In this document: in pieces, positions 40,656 through 50,663 of the stretch
Numbering within the stretch: position 1 is the first letter of the stretch
Layout: every line of letters starts with the position of its first letter
Source: Nitrospirota bacterium
GTDB lineage: Bacteria > Nitrospirota > UBA9217
Reading direction: 5' to 3'
Assembly: GCA_963840455.1 (NCBI GenBank)
Contig: CAWIYV010000009.1
Location: forward strand, 32,001 to 96,000
DNA: 64,000 bases
Program-made: the position numbers and the translations under genes
Notes under the pieces: generated by a model
Told to the model about the DNA's origin: nothing
Databases searched by the model: none
Seen by the model: the letters and a program-made list of their open reading frames with translations, nothing else

Positions 40656-40835
40656 ATGAAATCCAGCACGAAGGACCAGGCAGAAGGCAAATTTCACAAT
40701 GTAAAGGGTAAGCTCAGGGAGGTCGCCGGGAAACTCAGCGATAATCCCGAACTGGAAGCCGAAGGCAAAGCCGAAAAGATTGCCGGTAAAGTTCAAGAAA
40801 AGTTTGGCCAGGTCAAGAAGGTACTAGGGAAATAG
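40656..40835 (+). CDS. CsbD family stress protein
   Basis: Hand-translated MKSSTKDQAEGKFHNVKGKLREVAGKLSDNPELEAEGKAEKIAGKVQEKFGQVKKVLGK; AGGAGG RBS. Confidence 0.9.
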   Translation: MKSSTKDQAEGKFHNVKGKLREVAGKLSDNPELEAEGKAEKIAGKVQEKFGQVKKVLGK

Positions 40836-40981
40836 CGGCGGTGGGCCACTCTCCAACCGATCCCGAAGCCTGCAACGCAAAGCGCAAGAGATCGATACTG
40901 CTTGCGCTGCTGGACTCAGTCCAGAGAAGTCCATAGGTAACGGGAATAATGAATAATCCCAGAGCAATTGAGGAGGATATT

Positions 40982-41344
40982 ATGAGAAACCTGATAAAAA
41001 TAACAGCAATTTGGTCATTGCTTATCATCGCTGGCTTACTGAGCGGATGCGGGAGCGGTGGCACCGAACAAGTGGCCAGGAACCAGGGTGACGTCGCCAT
41101 TACCGTAACAGACGGTGCCAGTGCGCCGTTGGCGGGAGTGCTAGTTCAAGTAAGACAAACTGCGGGGACAGGGGCATTTACTAACGTCGGAACTACTGAC
41201 ACAGCAGGCAAACTTACCTTCACGGGGGACGCTGGTAAAGATTACTTCTTTACCTTCAGCCTGGCCGGATTCGCGACGCAGACCGATATTCTAAGAACTC
41301 CACAGTTGACCTCGACGGTTGCCCTCAATGTAACAATGATTTAG
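40982..41344 (+). CDS. Lipoprotein with carboxypeptidase-regulatory-like beta-sandwich domain
   Basis: Lipobox LSGC; VTDG..APLAGVLV...TTDTAGKLTF...Y.FTFSLAGF; GAGGAGG RBS. Confidence 0.75.
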   Translation: MRNLIKITAIWSLLIIAGLLSGCGSGGTEQVARNQGDVAITVTDGASAPLAGVLVQVRQTAGTGAFTNVGTTDTAGKLTFTGDAGKDYFFTFSLAGFATQTDILRTPQLTSTVALNVTMI

Positions 41345-41397
41345 AACGTTTCGAGGCTGATCGGATTATGGGATTTACTGTTGAGGAGGTGTGCGAA

Positions 41398-41517
41398 ATG
41401 GCAAAGAAAAGCAGAGGCGGCAGAATGAAAGCAGCTAAAGCGCGTGCTGCAAAGACGCCTGGTGGAAAAGGTCCGGTAAAGGACCGTCCAGCAGGTAAAC
41501 ACATTATGAAGACGTAA
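41398..41517 (+). CDS. Small basic protein (39 aa)
   Basis: GAGGAGGT RBS then MAKKSRGGRMKAAKARAAKTPGGKGPVKDRPAGKHIMKT. Confidence 0.55.
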   Translation: MAKKSRGGRMKAAKARAAKTPGGKGPVKDRPAGKHIMKT

Positions 41518-41732
41518 GAGGCATTCATTCACGCTATCAGGGATTTGGCAGGCTGAGTACATTGCTCCAGTCCACTACGCATGCAACGAAACCAGATATC
41601 CTAACGGGGTACGAAAAAGAAGTGAAGACCGACGTTTGTCGGCCTCCCGATCGTCACCCCCACCTTCGGGCGGACCGGTGGCGGCAAGAGAGACCTGCTG
41701 CAATGGAAAAACAGGAAGAGAGAGGTGACGCA

Positions 41733-41906
41733 ATGTTGCAGAAAGAGAGGAATGAAGAAAATAAGGAAATAAAGAGCAAGGCGTATGAGCTTTACGACAA
41801 GAAACACGGCTTTAAGGACGGGAATGACTTTGTTAAAAAAGCATTGCGCCGGAGAGGATCGCGATCATCAGGTATGGCAGGACAAAACCGGCAGTGTATG
41901 AAGTGA
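41733..41906 (+). CDS. DUF2934-like small protein, possibly degenerate
   Basis: EIKSKAYELYDKK..G.D resembles the family core, but the usual DW..AE ending is absent; GAGGTG RBS. Confidence 0.35.
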   Translation: MLQKERNEENKEIKSKAYELYDKKHGFKDGNDFVKKALRRRGSRSSGMAGQNRQCMK

Positions 41907-42119
41907 AACCCGGTGACATTAACGCAAAAGAGGCAAAAGCGAACATGCGAGTTCTATTTGAGGTTGTTGTTAAATAGAACGTCAGCGCATCATGGTCTGC
42001 CGGGAAAATGAAATGTATGTTGATAGCTTCCATGGCGGCAGTATAGTTGTGACCCGCTGGACAATAGGTAAGGTGTCCCTTCAATTTTTTAACGTGGTAT
42101 CCACGGGGGCAGAAGCGAT

Positions 42120-44249
42120 ATGGCGAATCGAATTTTGATCATCACGTGCGATGCCACCGATGCCAAGGTGCTGGAGGATGTGCTCGTCAATGCAAAAGAC
42201 GGTCCCTTCGCCATCGAGTGGGTGACGCAACTGTCCGACGGGCTCAAACGGCTGAGCGCAGGCGGCATCGACGCGATTATGACGGACCTGTCACTGCCCG
42301 ACAGCCGGGGCATCGAAACATTCGACAAGTTGTTCGCCGTTGCGCCTCACACGCCGATCATGGTGCTCAGTGCGCTGGAAGACGAAACGCCCGCTACGGA
42401 AGCGGTGCAGCGCGGTGCGCAAGGATATCTCGCGAAAGAGCACTTTGGGAGCTACCTGGTGCCGCAAGCGCTGCGCAATATTATCCAGCGCAAGGTGATC
42501 GAGGAAACGTTCTACATAGAAAAAGCGCGCGCCGAGATCACACTCAACTCGATCAGCGATGCGGTCATCGGCACCGATATGTCGGGCAATGTCGACTATC
42601 TGAACGTTGCGGCGGAAAGCATGACCGGATGGTCGCGGGAAGAAGCGCGCGGGCATCCAATCGGCGAGGTGATGCAGATCATCAATGGCACGACACGCAA
42701 ACCCGAGCCCAATCCGGTCGAATTGGTACTGCAGCAAAACGAACCCATGGGATTGACTGCGGGCACGATGCTGGTCCGGCGCGATGGGACCGAAGCTGCG
42801 ATCGAAGATTCCGCCGCGCCGATCCACGACCTGAGCGGTCAGATTACCGGTGCGGTGATCGTGTTCCATGATATCACGACCGCGCAGGCGATGGCCGCGA
42901 AAATGGCACATCTGGCCCAGCACGATTTCCTGACCAATTTGCCGAACCGCGTGCTGTTGAACGACCGCATCACGCAAGCGATCGCCTTGGCGAAACGGCG
43001 CGGCACGCATCTCGCCGCGCTGTTCCTGGACCTGGACAATTTCAAGCACATCAACGATTCGCTCGGACACGAGATTGGCGACAAACTGCTGCAATCCGTC
43101 GCGCAAGTCCTGTGTGCTTGCGTGCGCGGTTCCGACACGGTAAGCCGGCTGGGAGGCGATGAATTCGTGATACTGGTGACGGAGGACAAGTACGCGGAAG
43201 ACGCTGCCCTGACTGCCGATAAGATACTTGCTGCGCTCGCAGCGCCGCATGCCATTGAACAGCATGTGCTGCATGTGACGGCCAGCATCGGCATCAGCGT
43301 TTATCCCGCGGATGGTCACGATGCGGAAACGATGATCAAGAATGCGGATACCGCGATGTACCAGGCCAAGGAGAAGGGCCGCAACAACTACCAGTTTTTC
43401 AAGAGCGACATGAACGTCCGCGCGGTCGAGCGGCAGGTCATCGAAGCCAATTTGCGGCGTGCGCTGGCGCGGCAGGAGTTCGTATTGCATTACCAGCCGA
43501 AGGTCAATATGGATACCGGCAAGATTACCGGTTCCGAGGTATTACTGCGCTGGATGCATCCGGAGTGGGGCATGATGCTGCCCGATCGCTTCGTGCCCAT
43601 CGCGGAAGATTGCGGCCTGATCGTGCCGATCGGACGCTGGGTGCTGCGGGAAGCATGCGCGCAAGCCAAACGCTGGAAAGACGCGGGACTGAAGCCTGTT
43701 TCGGTCGCCGTCAACATCTCTGCACTGGAATTCCGCCACAAGGATTTCGTTGAAGGCGTGCGCGACATCTTGACCGAAACCGGGCTGGATCCATGCTGCC
43801 TGCAGCTTGAAATTACGGAAAGCGCGTTGATGCGTGATGCCGAGTCCAGCACCTCGATACTTCAGCAGCTCAAGAATATCGGGGTGCAGCTTGCGGTTGA
43901 CGATTTCGGCACCGGCTATTCCAGTTTGAGTTATTTGAATCAGTTTCCGATCGATGTCCTCAAAATCGACGGGTCATTCGTCCATGCCATTGGTTCCACG
44001 AACGGCAATGGCATCATCGTCAGAGCCATAATCGCCATGGGCACCAGCCTGAAGCAACGGGTGGTCGCCGAGGGCGTGGAGGAACAGGCGCAGCTGGCCT
44101 TCCTGAAGGCGCAGCATTGCGAAGAGGGGCAGGGCTACTATTTCAGTCTGCCGCTCATTGCAGAGCAGTTCGCCGCGCTGCTGGTTACGGGGATATCCCG
44201 GAACGGCCGGCAATTAATGCCGTTGTTGCTTGAACCGCAGGAGAATTGA
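42120..44249 (+). CDS. REC-PAS-GGDEF-EAL c-di-GMP signalling protein
   Basis: DLSLPDS receiver, PAS, HDFLTNLPNR, RLGGDEF, EVLLRW and DDFGTGYSSL. Confidence 0.95.
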   Translation: MANRILIITCDATDAKVLEDVLVNAKDGPFAIEWVTQLSDGLKRLSAGGIDAIMTDLSLPDSRGIETFDKLFAVAPHTPIMVLSALEDETPATEAVQRGAQGYLAKEHFGSYLVPQALRNIIQRKVIEETFYIEKARAEITLNSISDAVIGTDMSGNVDYLNVAAESMTGWSREEARGHPIGEVMQIINGTTRKPEPNPVELVLQQNEPMGLTAGTMLVRRDGTEAAIEDSAAPIHDLSGQITGAVIVFHDITTAQAMAAKMAHLAQHDFLTNLPNRVLLNDRITQAIALAKRRGTHLAALFLDLDNFKHINDSLGHEIGDKLLQSVAQVLCACVRGSDTVSRLGGDEFVILVTEDKYAEDAALTADKILAALAAPHAIEQHVLHVTASIGISVYPADGHDAETMIKNADTAMYQAKEKGRNNYQFFKSDMNVRAVERQVIEANLRRALARQEFVLHYQPKVNMDTGKITGSEVLLRWMHPEWGMMLPDRFVPIAEDCGLIVPIGRWVLREACAQAKRWKDAGLKPVSVAVNISALEFRHKDFVEGVRDILTETGLDPCCLQLEITESALMRDAESSTSILQQLKNIGVQLAVDDFGTGYSSLSYLNQFPIDVLKIDGSFVHAIGSTNGNGIIVRAIIAMGTSLKQRVVAEGVEEQAQLAFLKAQHCEEGQGYYFSLPLIAEQFAALLVTGISRNGRQLMPLLLEPQEN

Positions 44250-44366
44250 GACTGGAAGAAATTACAGGCGTTTGTCCGTGAATGAATTGAAGCGCGGTGA
44301 CATTAACTCAAAGCAAGCGCATCATGGTCTGGATGGAATAAGGACCATACGGTCAAGGAGTTCGAT

Positions 44367-44843
44367 ATGAGAGAAAAAAATTATGGAGTGTTTGGAATGA
44401 CCATCCTTCTGGGGACGCTGTTTGCCCTTGGAGGAATGAACGAGGCGTTGGCGGAAGTGCAGGTCAATATCAACATCGGGCCCCCACCGATCGTGGTCGC
44501 CGAGCCGCCGGAAGTGGTTTTTATACCAAGATCCCAGGTTTATTTCGTTCCCCATCCGGAGATCGACATATTCTTTTATAACAGCTACTGGTGGTCTCCC
44601 CGGGGGGACGGGTGGTACCGCGCAAAGGCTTACAACGGGCCATGGAGGGTCGTGGATAAACGCTATGTCCCTTCCCCTGTGCACCAGGTCCCCAGGAATT
44701 ACCGAAACCTCTACGAGAAAGAAAAACACATCCCTTATGGGCAGTGGAAGAAGCAAGGAAAGCACCAGGGGGAAGACGAGCGACATGGGGATCGACACGA
44801 GGATAACCAGCGCGGCCATGGACATGGTCATGGTGACAATTAG
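44367..44843 (+). CDS. Exported Pro/aromatic-rich protein with His/Gly-rich tail
   Basis: Signal peptide, VNINIGPPP, FFYNSYWW...WYRA..YNGPW and IPYGQWKK. Confidence 0.75.
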   Translation: MREKNYGVFGMTILLGTLFALGGMNEALAEVQVNINIGPPPIVVAEPPEVVFIPRSQVYFVPHPEIDIFFYNSYWWSPRGDGWYRAKAYNGPWRVVDKRYVPSPVHQVPRNYRNLYEKEKHIPYGQWKKQGKHQGEDERHGDRHEDNQRGHGHGHGDN

Positions 44844-44928
44844 GCAGAACCATATGAACAGTGAACGTTTTTAGCCCGGTTGGGATCGGTGAGCAGTTAC
44901 AACGCCTCACGTCTCAAGGAGGAAGCCC

Positions 44929-45249
44929 ATGTTCGATGCCATCATTAAAATGAAGGTGCCTGCTGAAAAACGGAAAGAGGTCCTTCAAACGCTGAAAGCA
45001 ATACTCGGCCCGATCCGGCGTGAGCGTGGCTGCGTGAGCTGCAATTGCTATGTGGATGTGGAGGATGAAGGTGTATTGCTCTTCGAGGAGGAATGGAAAA
45101 CCCAAGAGGACCTGGAAAATCATCTGCGGTCCGACCATTTCGGTGTTTTGAACGGGGCAATGAAACTGCTCCGCGAAGAGCCGGACATCAGGTTCAACAC
45201 CATTGTATCCACCGCAGGGCGGGAGTCGATAAAAGTGGTGACGGTGTAA
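44929..45249 (+). CDS. ABM-domain (putative quinol monooxygenase-like) protein
   Basis: IRRERGCVSC and FEEEW..EDLENHLRSDHF; AAGGAGG RBS. Confidence 0.85.
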   Translation: MFDAIIKMKVPAEKRKEVLQTLKAILGPIRRERGCVSCNCYVDVEDEGVLLFEEEWKTQEDLENHLRSDHFGVLNGAMKLLREEPDIRFNTIVSTAGRESIKVVTV

Positions 45250-45374
45250 TGGGAGAAAAACGAGCTGAACGGGGCTGGCGGGCAGCGCGATCCCGGGAAT
45301 GCTGACAGGTACGAAAGAGACGCTGCTATTTGAACCGGGCAAACAGGGTGCGCTGCTGAGACAGGGGAGGCCCA

Positions 45375-45707
45375 ATGAAAATACTAATACGAATTACCTT
45401 GACGATCGCTCTCTTGACGGCGGGTTTTGCGGCCGGATTTCCGATCGGCCGGAACAGTGGATTTTCAACAGGCAGCGAATGGGCGTTCGTGCAGGCTAAT
45501 ATCCTCGCTCGAGAGGCCGGACTATTTATGCCGGTGAATTTGGAGGATGGACAATTCAGGGTAATCCTGAAACAGCCGAAACATCTCTATAGAGAAGCAT
45601 GGATGCTTGCCGACAGGTATGAGGACGAGATGGCGTACATGAGCAGAGGCGATAGAACCGTCGACGAACGCATACAGCTGACACGAAATGCGGTCTTGCC
45701 GCAGTAA
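45375..45707 (+). CDS. Hypothetical exported/membrane protein
   Basis: GGAGG RBS and N-terminal hydrophobic segment; no family recognised. Confidence 0.6.
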   Translation: MKILIRITLTIALLTAGFAAGFPIGRNSGFSTGSEWAFVQANILAREAGLFMPVNLEDGQFRVILKQPKHLYREAWMLADRYEDEMAYMSRGDRTVDERIQLTRNAVLPQ

Positions 45708-45880
45708 AGCCTATTGCCGCCAGGGACCGGGCAGGGCGGATCGCGATGATCATGATCTCGAATGAGTGCTGCAGTGACGATGATCGTGGAGTCGTCCCGT
45801 TTCAGGCGCTTAGCATGCAGGGAAGCGGGACATACCGGCGATGGGAATCCGAAAACGCAGTGAAAGAGCAGCGAGGACAA

Positions 45881-46570
45881 ATGGTTAATGCTGACATCGT
45901 CGTCAAGACCACAGAATTACCGCCTCAGAATACGCATATTCCGAAGATGTTCGAGCGAAATGAAACCGTGAGAATTGAGGCGTTCAGCGATGGTGTATTT
46001 GCCATTGCCATAACGCTGCTGGTCCTCGGGATCAAGGTGCCGGCTGCGCGCGACGTTGGTGCGGCAGGAAGTCTCGGCACGGCTTTGATAAAATTGTGGC
46101 CTCATTACCTTGCCTTCGTGACGAGCTTCATCACGATCTTTGCCAAGTGGGTGAACCATCACCGGATGTTCAGTTTTATCCAGAGGACCGATCATCCTTT
46201 TTTATACTGGAACGGTTTATTGCTTTTGTTCATAACGTTCATGCCCTTTCCGACGGCTTTGCTTGCGGAATACCTCCTGCACGCTGAAACCACCATTGCG
46301 GGAGCGGTCTTTGCCGGCACGTTCGTCGCGATCGCATTTGCGTTCAAGGGCATGTGGCACCACGCGTCAAAGAACGGAAGGCTTCTTGCGCCAGGCGTCG
46401 ACCAGAGGGAGATCAGGCAAATCGACATGCAATACCGGTATGGGACGCTTTTGTACCTGGTGGCGTTCGCGATTGCTTTCGTGTCGGTCGGCCTGAGCGT
46501 GGGTGTGTGCCTGTGCCTGTCCGTGTTCTTTGCCTTCAAGGGCTGGCCAATGATGCGAAAGAGGAAATAG
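45881..46570 (+). CDS. TMEM175 (DUF1211) family potassium channel
   Basis: RIEAFSDGVFAIAITLLVL signature, W..HH and PFPT; ~6 TM helices. Confidence 0.9.
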   Translation: MVNADIVVKTTELPPQNTHIPKMFERNETVRIEAFSDGVFAIAITLLVLGIKVPAARDVGAAGSLGTALIKLWPHYLAFVTSFITIFAKWVNHHRMFSFIQRTDHPFLYWNGLLLLFITFMPFPTALLAEYLLHAETTIAGAVFAGTFVAIAFAFKGMWHHASKNGRLLAPGVDQREIRQIDMQYRYGTLLYLVAFAIAFVSVGLSVGVCLCLSVFFAFKGWPMMRKRK

Positions 46571-46635
46571 GAGGTTCACGCTTTGGTCGAGGCCCATTAT
46601 GGGAACTGCGAGGGCGAGGGTACAGGAGGTATCTC

Positions 46636-47016
46636 ATGGGTCTTACGCACCGGATAGACCATGACAACAAGGCGATGTTCGCGACTGCCGACGGGCCCAT
46701 AACCTACAGCGACATCAGGAACCACTTGTTCAAGGAACGCTATGAGAACGGGTTGACGTACGCGGAACTCATCGATGCTCGCACAGCGAGCCCTGAGTTC
46801 TCGTCAGAGGATGTCCGTAATATCGTCTCATTACTGAATGTCTTTGCAAAAGAGCATACACTCGGACCAACGGCAGTGGTCGTCAGCACGGACCTTGGCT
46901 TCGGCGTGATGCGGATGCTCGGGAGCCTCGTAGAAGAAGTATGCGCGATCCAGCCGTTCCGCGACGTCGACACAGCCCTGGAGTGGCTCCGCGAGACGCG
47001 GGTGAAAAGAGCGTAG
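46636..47016 (+). CDS. Hypothetical SpoIIAA/STAS-like protein
   Basis: AGGAGG RBS; LIDAR, TAVVV..DLGFGVMRM and FRDVDTALEWL pattern. Confidence 0.65.
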   Translation: MGLTHRIDHDNKAMFATADGPITYSDIRNHLFKERYENGLTYAELIDARTASPEFSSEDVRNIVSLLNVFAKEHTLGPTAVVVSTDLGFGVMRMLGSLVEEVCAIQPFRDVDTALEWLRETRVKRA

Positions 47017-47241
47017 CATGGGCGGCCCCCTGCGGCCGCTGTTGCTCACGCGAAGGTCGGTACCCGTGAAGAAAAGCAACTGCTCAGATAGTAATTTGAT
47101 CCGGGGCGGGCACGTCGCACTGTTTGAATCCTCATTCGTCGGTTTTAAAGCTTTATCGTGTAAACTTGACAGCATGATGAAAGAAAGAATCTATTGACAT
47201 CGCGATCGGATGATCGCACATCTAAAGACAGGAGGAACGAT

Positions 47242-47556
47242 ATGAAGAAGGTTGTTTTGATCACGGTATCAATGGTTCTTGGGTTTTCCTTAATTTAGGG
47301 CTGCTTCTTTCTTAAGGGGGCATCAACGGGTGAATACATCGACGACTCGACGATCACGACACAAGTTAATGGGAACATCGTTCAAGACCCGGATGCTCAA
47401 TATTACAAGATCAATGTGACGACAACAAAGGGAGATGTTGTTCTTACGGGCTTCGTGAACAGCAGAGACACCGAAGCACGGCTAATAGAAAAGATGAAGG
47501 AACTTAAGGGTGTTAAATCCGTTACGAGCCTCTTGATGCTGGAAGAGAAAAAGTAA
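47242..47556 (+). pseudogene. BON-domain lipoprotein with in-frame TAG in the lipobox
   Basis: MKKVVLITVSMVLGFSLI*GC...GEYIDDSTITTQV...INVTTTKGDVVLTGFV...GVKSV; TAG at 47296-47298; AGGAGG RBS. Confidence 0.8.
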
Positions 47557-47574
47557 GAGGAGAAGGGGTATTCC

Positions 47575-49065
47575 ATGAATGCACTCCTCATATATCCTGA
47601 ATTCCCGGATACCTTCTGGAGTTTCAGACACGCCCTGAAATTCATTAACAGAAAGGCGAGCAGTCCACCCCTCGGCCTGTTGACCATTGCAGCGATGCTT
47701 CCTCAAGCGTGGGAAAAGAGACTGGTCGACCTGAACGTGGAAGGCCTGCATGATGATGCCCTCAGGTGGGCTGATCTGGTCCTGGTAAGCGCGATGTCCG
47801 TCCAGAAGGAATCGGTGAAGGAAGTGGTGGCGCGATGCAAGGAGGCCGGTGTCAGGATCGTGGCCGGTGGTCCTCTTTTCACGACCGATTATGAGGCATA
47901 CGGGGATGTGGACCATCTGGTGCTGAACGAGGCTGAGATCACTCTGCCCCGGTTCCTCGAAGATTTCGGCAATGGCGCTGCCGGCCATATCTATACCACC
48001 GATCAGTGGGCAGACGTAGGTCAGACACCCGTTCCTCTGTGGGAACTCGTCAATATGAAGCACTATGCCTCGATCAATATCCAGTATTCCCGGGGCTGTC
48101 CCTTCAACTGTGAGTTTTGCGACATTACCCTGCTTTGCGGTCGCACGCCGCGTACAAAAGGGAGAGAACAGATCATCAGGGAACTCGAGAGTGTGTACGC
48201 CTATGGTTTCAGGGGCCAGGTCTTCTTTGTTGACGATAATTTTATCGGGAACAAGAAAAAGCTGAGGGAGGAGATCCTTCCTGCCATCGTCGAATGGATG
48301 GAGGGGAAAAAACATCCCTTCTCCTTCAATACACAGGCATCCATAGAATTGTCAGATCATAAAGACCTTATGCACTTGATGGTCAGGGCGGGCTTCAATG
48401 TCGTCTTTATCGGCATCGAGACTCCCCATGAGCAGAGCCTCACGGAATGCAGCAAATTCCAGAACAAGAACCGCGATCTCCTTGCCAGTGTCAAGAAAAT
48501 ACAGAGGTCCGGCCTCGAGGTGCAGGGAGGCTTCATTGTCGGTTTTGACCATGACCCGGTCACCATTTTCGACACCCAGATCAGGTTCATTCAAACGAGC
48601 GGGGTCGCCACGGCCATGGTCGGCGTCCTCATTGCCCTGCCGCGTACCCAGCTCTATGAAAGGCTCAAAAAGGAGCAGCGGCTGCTGAAAGAAACCTCCG
48701 GGAACAATACGGCTTTCGCGACAAACTTCATCCCCAAAATGGACTATGATCAGCTGATCAATGGCTATAAAAAGGTCCTCAAAACCCTCTATTCACCCGG
48801 ACACTGCTATGAAAGGATCAGGACCTTCCTGAGGGAATACAGCCCGCCGCAGAAAAAGAAGAAAGCCATTCGGTTTCGTCCCAACTACATCGCAGCGTTC
48901 TTCAGGTCCCTCGTCGTCCTCGGGATCGTTGGAAAAGGACGCCTCCATTACTGGAGACTCCTGCTCTGGACCATGTTTACCCGTCCCGGCCGTCTTGCGC
49001 AGGCCGTGACCCTCTCGATCTACGGGTTCCATTTCAGAAAGGTATTTGAGAGACACCTTAGCTAA
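47575..49065 (+). CDS. B12-binding radical SAM protein with DUF4070-like C-terminus (HpnP-related family)
   Basis: YPEFPDTFWSF, PPLGLLT, SRGCPFNCEFCDI, FFVDDNFIGN and TNFIP. Confidence 0.92.
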   Translation: MNALLIYPEFPDTFWSFRHALKFINRKASSPPLGLLTIAAMLPQAWEKRLVDLNVEGLHDDALRWADLVLVSAMSVQKESVKEVVARCKEAGVRIVAGGPLFTTDYEAYGDVDHLVLNEAEITLPRFLEDFGNGAAGHIYTTDQWADVGQTPVPLWELVNMKHYASINIQYSRGCPFNCEFCDITLLCGRTPRTKGREQIIRELESVYAYGFRGQVFFVDDNFIGNKKKLREEILPAIVEWMEGKKHPFSFNTQASIELSDHKDLMHLMVRAGFNVVFIGIETPHEQSLTECSKFQNKNRDLLASVKKIQRSGLEVQGGFIVGFDHDPVTIFDTQIRFIQTSGVATAMVGVLIALPRTQLYERLKKEQRLLKETSGNNTAFATNFIPKMDYDQLINGYKKVLKTLYSPGHCYERIRTFLREYSPPQKKKKAIRFRPNYIAAFFRSLVVLGIVGKGRLHYWRLLLWTMFTRPGRLAQAVTLSIYGFHFRKVFERHLS

Positions 49066-49123
49066 AGATAGAAGCGAACGATGGATATAAAGGTGAAAAT
49101 ACATAATAAGAAAGGAGAGAACT

Positions 49124-49315
49124 ATGCCGTTAATTCAATTAGTGATCATTTTGGTTGTCGTTGGGGTGATACTTTGGGTGATTAACAGTTACATACCGAT
49201 GCAATCTACCATAAAGAAAATCCTGAATGTAGTGGTGATTATTGTAGTAATTCTTTGGCTCTTGAGCGTCTTCGGGCTCATAGGGAACCTCTCAACGATT
49301 CACGTTGGGAAGTGA
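49124..49315 (+). CDS. Thivi_2564-family small membrane protein
   Basis: VGVILWVINSYIPM...IKKILNVVV...LWLL..FG; AAGGAG RBS. Confidence 0.85.
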   Translation: MPLIQLVIILVVVGVILWVINSYIPMQSTIKKILNVVVIIVVILWLLSVFGLIGNLSTIHVGK

Positions 49316-49581
49316 AGAGGCAGCGAATATTCAAACGAGAGTGAAGACGGAGTACCTGGCGCCGGCCGGGGGCAGCTACTATGACAAGCTGCCTGCCGGC
49401 GCGTTGCAGACCAGCAACGGCAATAATGTCACGCAGGCCGTTGCGACCTTGACCGTCAAAACCAAATAGCTGGTGGTGATGCTCGGCCCACAAAAAGGAG
49501 CATCGTACACAGGGAGGAGGAAGTCTGATCAATGGTCGTTTGCAGGAACTCTGAATAATTCAGCAGCCGAAGGGAGCGTTG

Positions 49582-50529
49582 ATGAGTGAATGGGAACAGC
49601 AGGACGACAACGTGGCGGTTCTTGAGCTCGCGGCTGAGGAGAACGGGCAGGAGCATGGGGGTGACGGCACCGGCCGACGAAATGATGCCGCCTCACCGAG
49701 TAGTCCGGACGCGGTCAAGTATTACCTGCAGGATATCCGGAAGACCCCGCTTCTTACCTTCGAACAGGAGCAAGGGCTCGCGAAGCGGATTGCGCACGGG
49801 GACGAAGAAGCGCGTACGCGGATGATCGAGGCGAACCTGCGGCTGGTCGTCGGCATCGGCAAGCGGTATATCAACCGGGGATTGCCTTTCCCGGACATCA
49901 TCGAGGAAGGCAATCTGGGACTTATCCGGGCAGTCGAGAAGTTTCAATACCAGCGGGGCTTCAAATTCAGCACGTATGCGGTATGGTGGATCAGGCAGTC
50001 CATCGAGCGGGCGATCGTGAACCAGGTGCGGATGATCCGCCTGCCGGTGCATGTCTCGGAGGTCGTAAATAAATATACACGCACCGTGAAGATGCTGATG
50101 CAGCAGCTCGGGCGCGAACCGGACACCGAAGAGATCGCAGAGGAGATGAAGATAAGCGCCGGCAAGGTGAGGGCCCTATCACAGATTGTAAGGGATGTCT
50201 ATTCGCTCGATGCGCGAATCAGTGATCAAGAAGAAGATACCTTCATGGACACGCTGAGAGACGACAATGTGCGTTCACCCCTTCAATCGTATGATGAGGA
50301 ACGCAGGCAAAAACATATCAACGAGTGGCTTTCTCAGTTGCCGGATACCGAGCGCAAAGTGATCGAGTTGCGATATGGTCTCAACCGAAAAGATCCTCAC
50401 ACGCTTATGAACATCGGCAAACAGGTCGGCCTCACGCGGGAGCGTATCAGGCAGATCGAGCATCAGGCGATCAAAAGACTTAAAATGCTGGTGAAAAAAA
50501 GAAACATGGTATTGTATGACATGCTGTAA
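49582..50529 (+). CDS. RpoS-like sigma-70 family factor
   Basis: YLQDIRKTPLLT, MIEANLRLVV, EEGNLGLIRAVEKF, GFKFSTYAVWWIRQSIERAI and LTRERIRQIE; lacks region 1.1. Confidence 0.88.
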   Translation: MSEWEQQDDNVAVLELAAEENGQEHGGDGTGRRNDAASPSSPDAVKYYLQDIRKTPLLTFEQEQGLAKRIAHGDEEARTRMIEANLRLVVGIGKRYINRGLPFPDIIEEGNLGLIRAVEKFQYQRGFKFSTYAVWWIRQSIERAIVNQVRMIRLPVHVSEVVNKYTRTVKMLMQQLGREPDTEEIAEEMKISAGKVRALSQIVRDVYSLDARISDQEEDTFMDTLRDDNVRSPLQSYDEERRQKHINEWLSQLPDTERKVIELRYGLNRKDPHTLMNIGKQVGLTRERIRQIEHQAIKRLKMLVKKRNMVLYDML

Positions 50530-50663
50530 CCCGGAAAACCATTGTTTTCCCGCGGACGCATGTCCATGAAAAAGAGCCCATAGGATCGTAAGAAACCGCG
50601 ATGTTGCCAAAAGGTTGGACAGGGAAAGCAAAAATGGCTGATTTTCAGAAGAGAGGAACTAAA

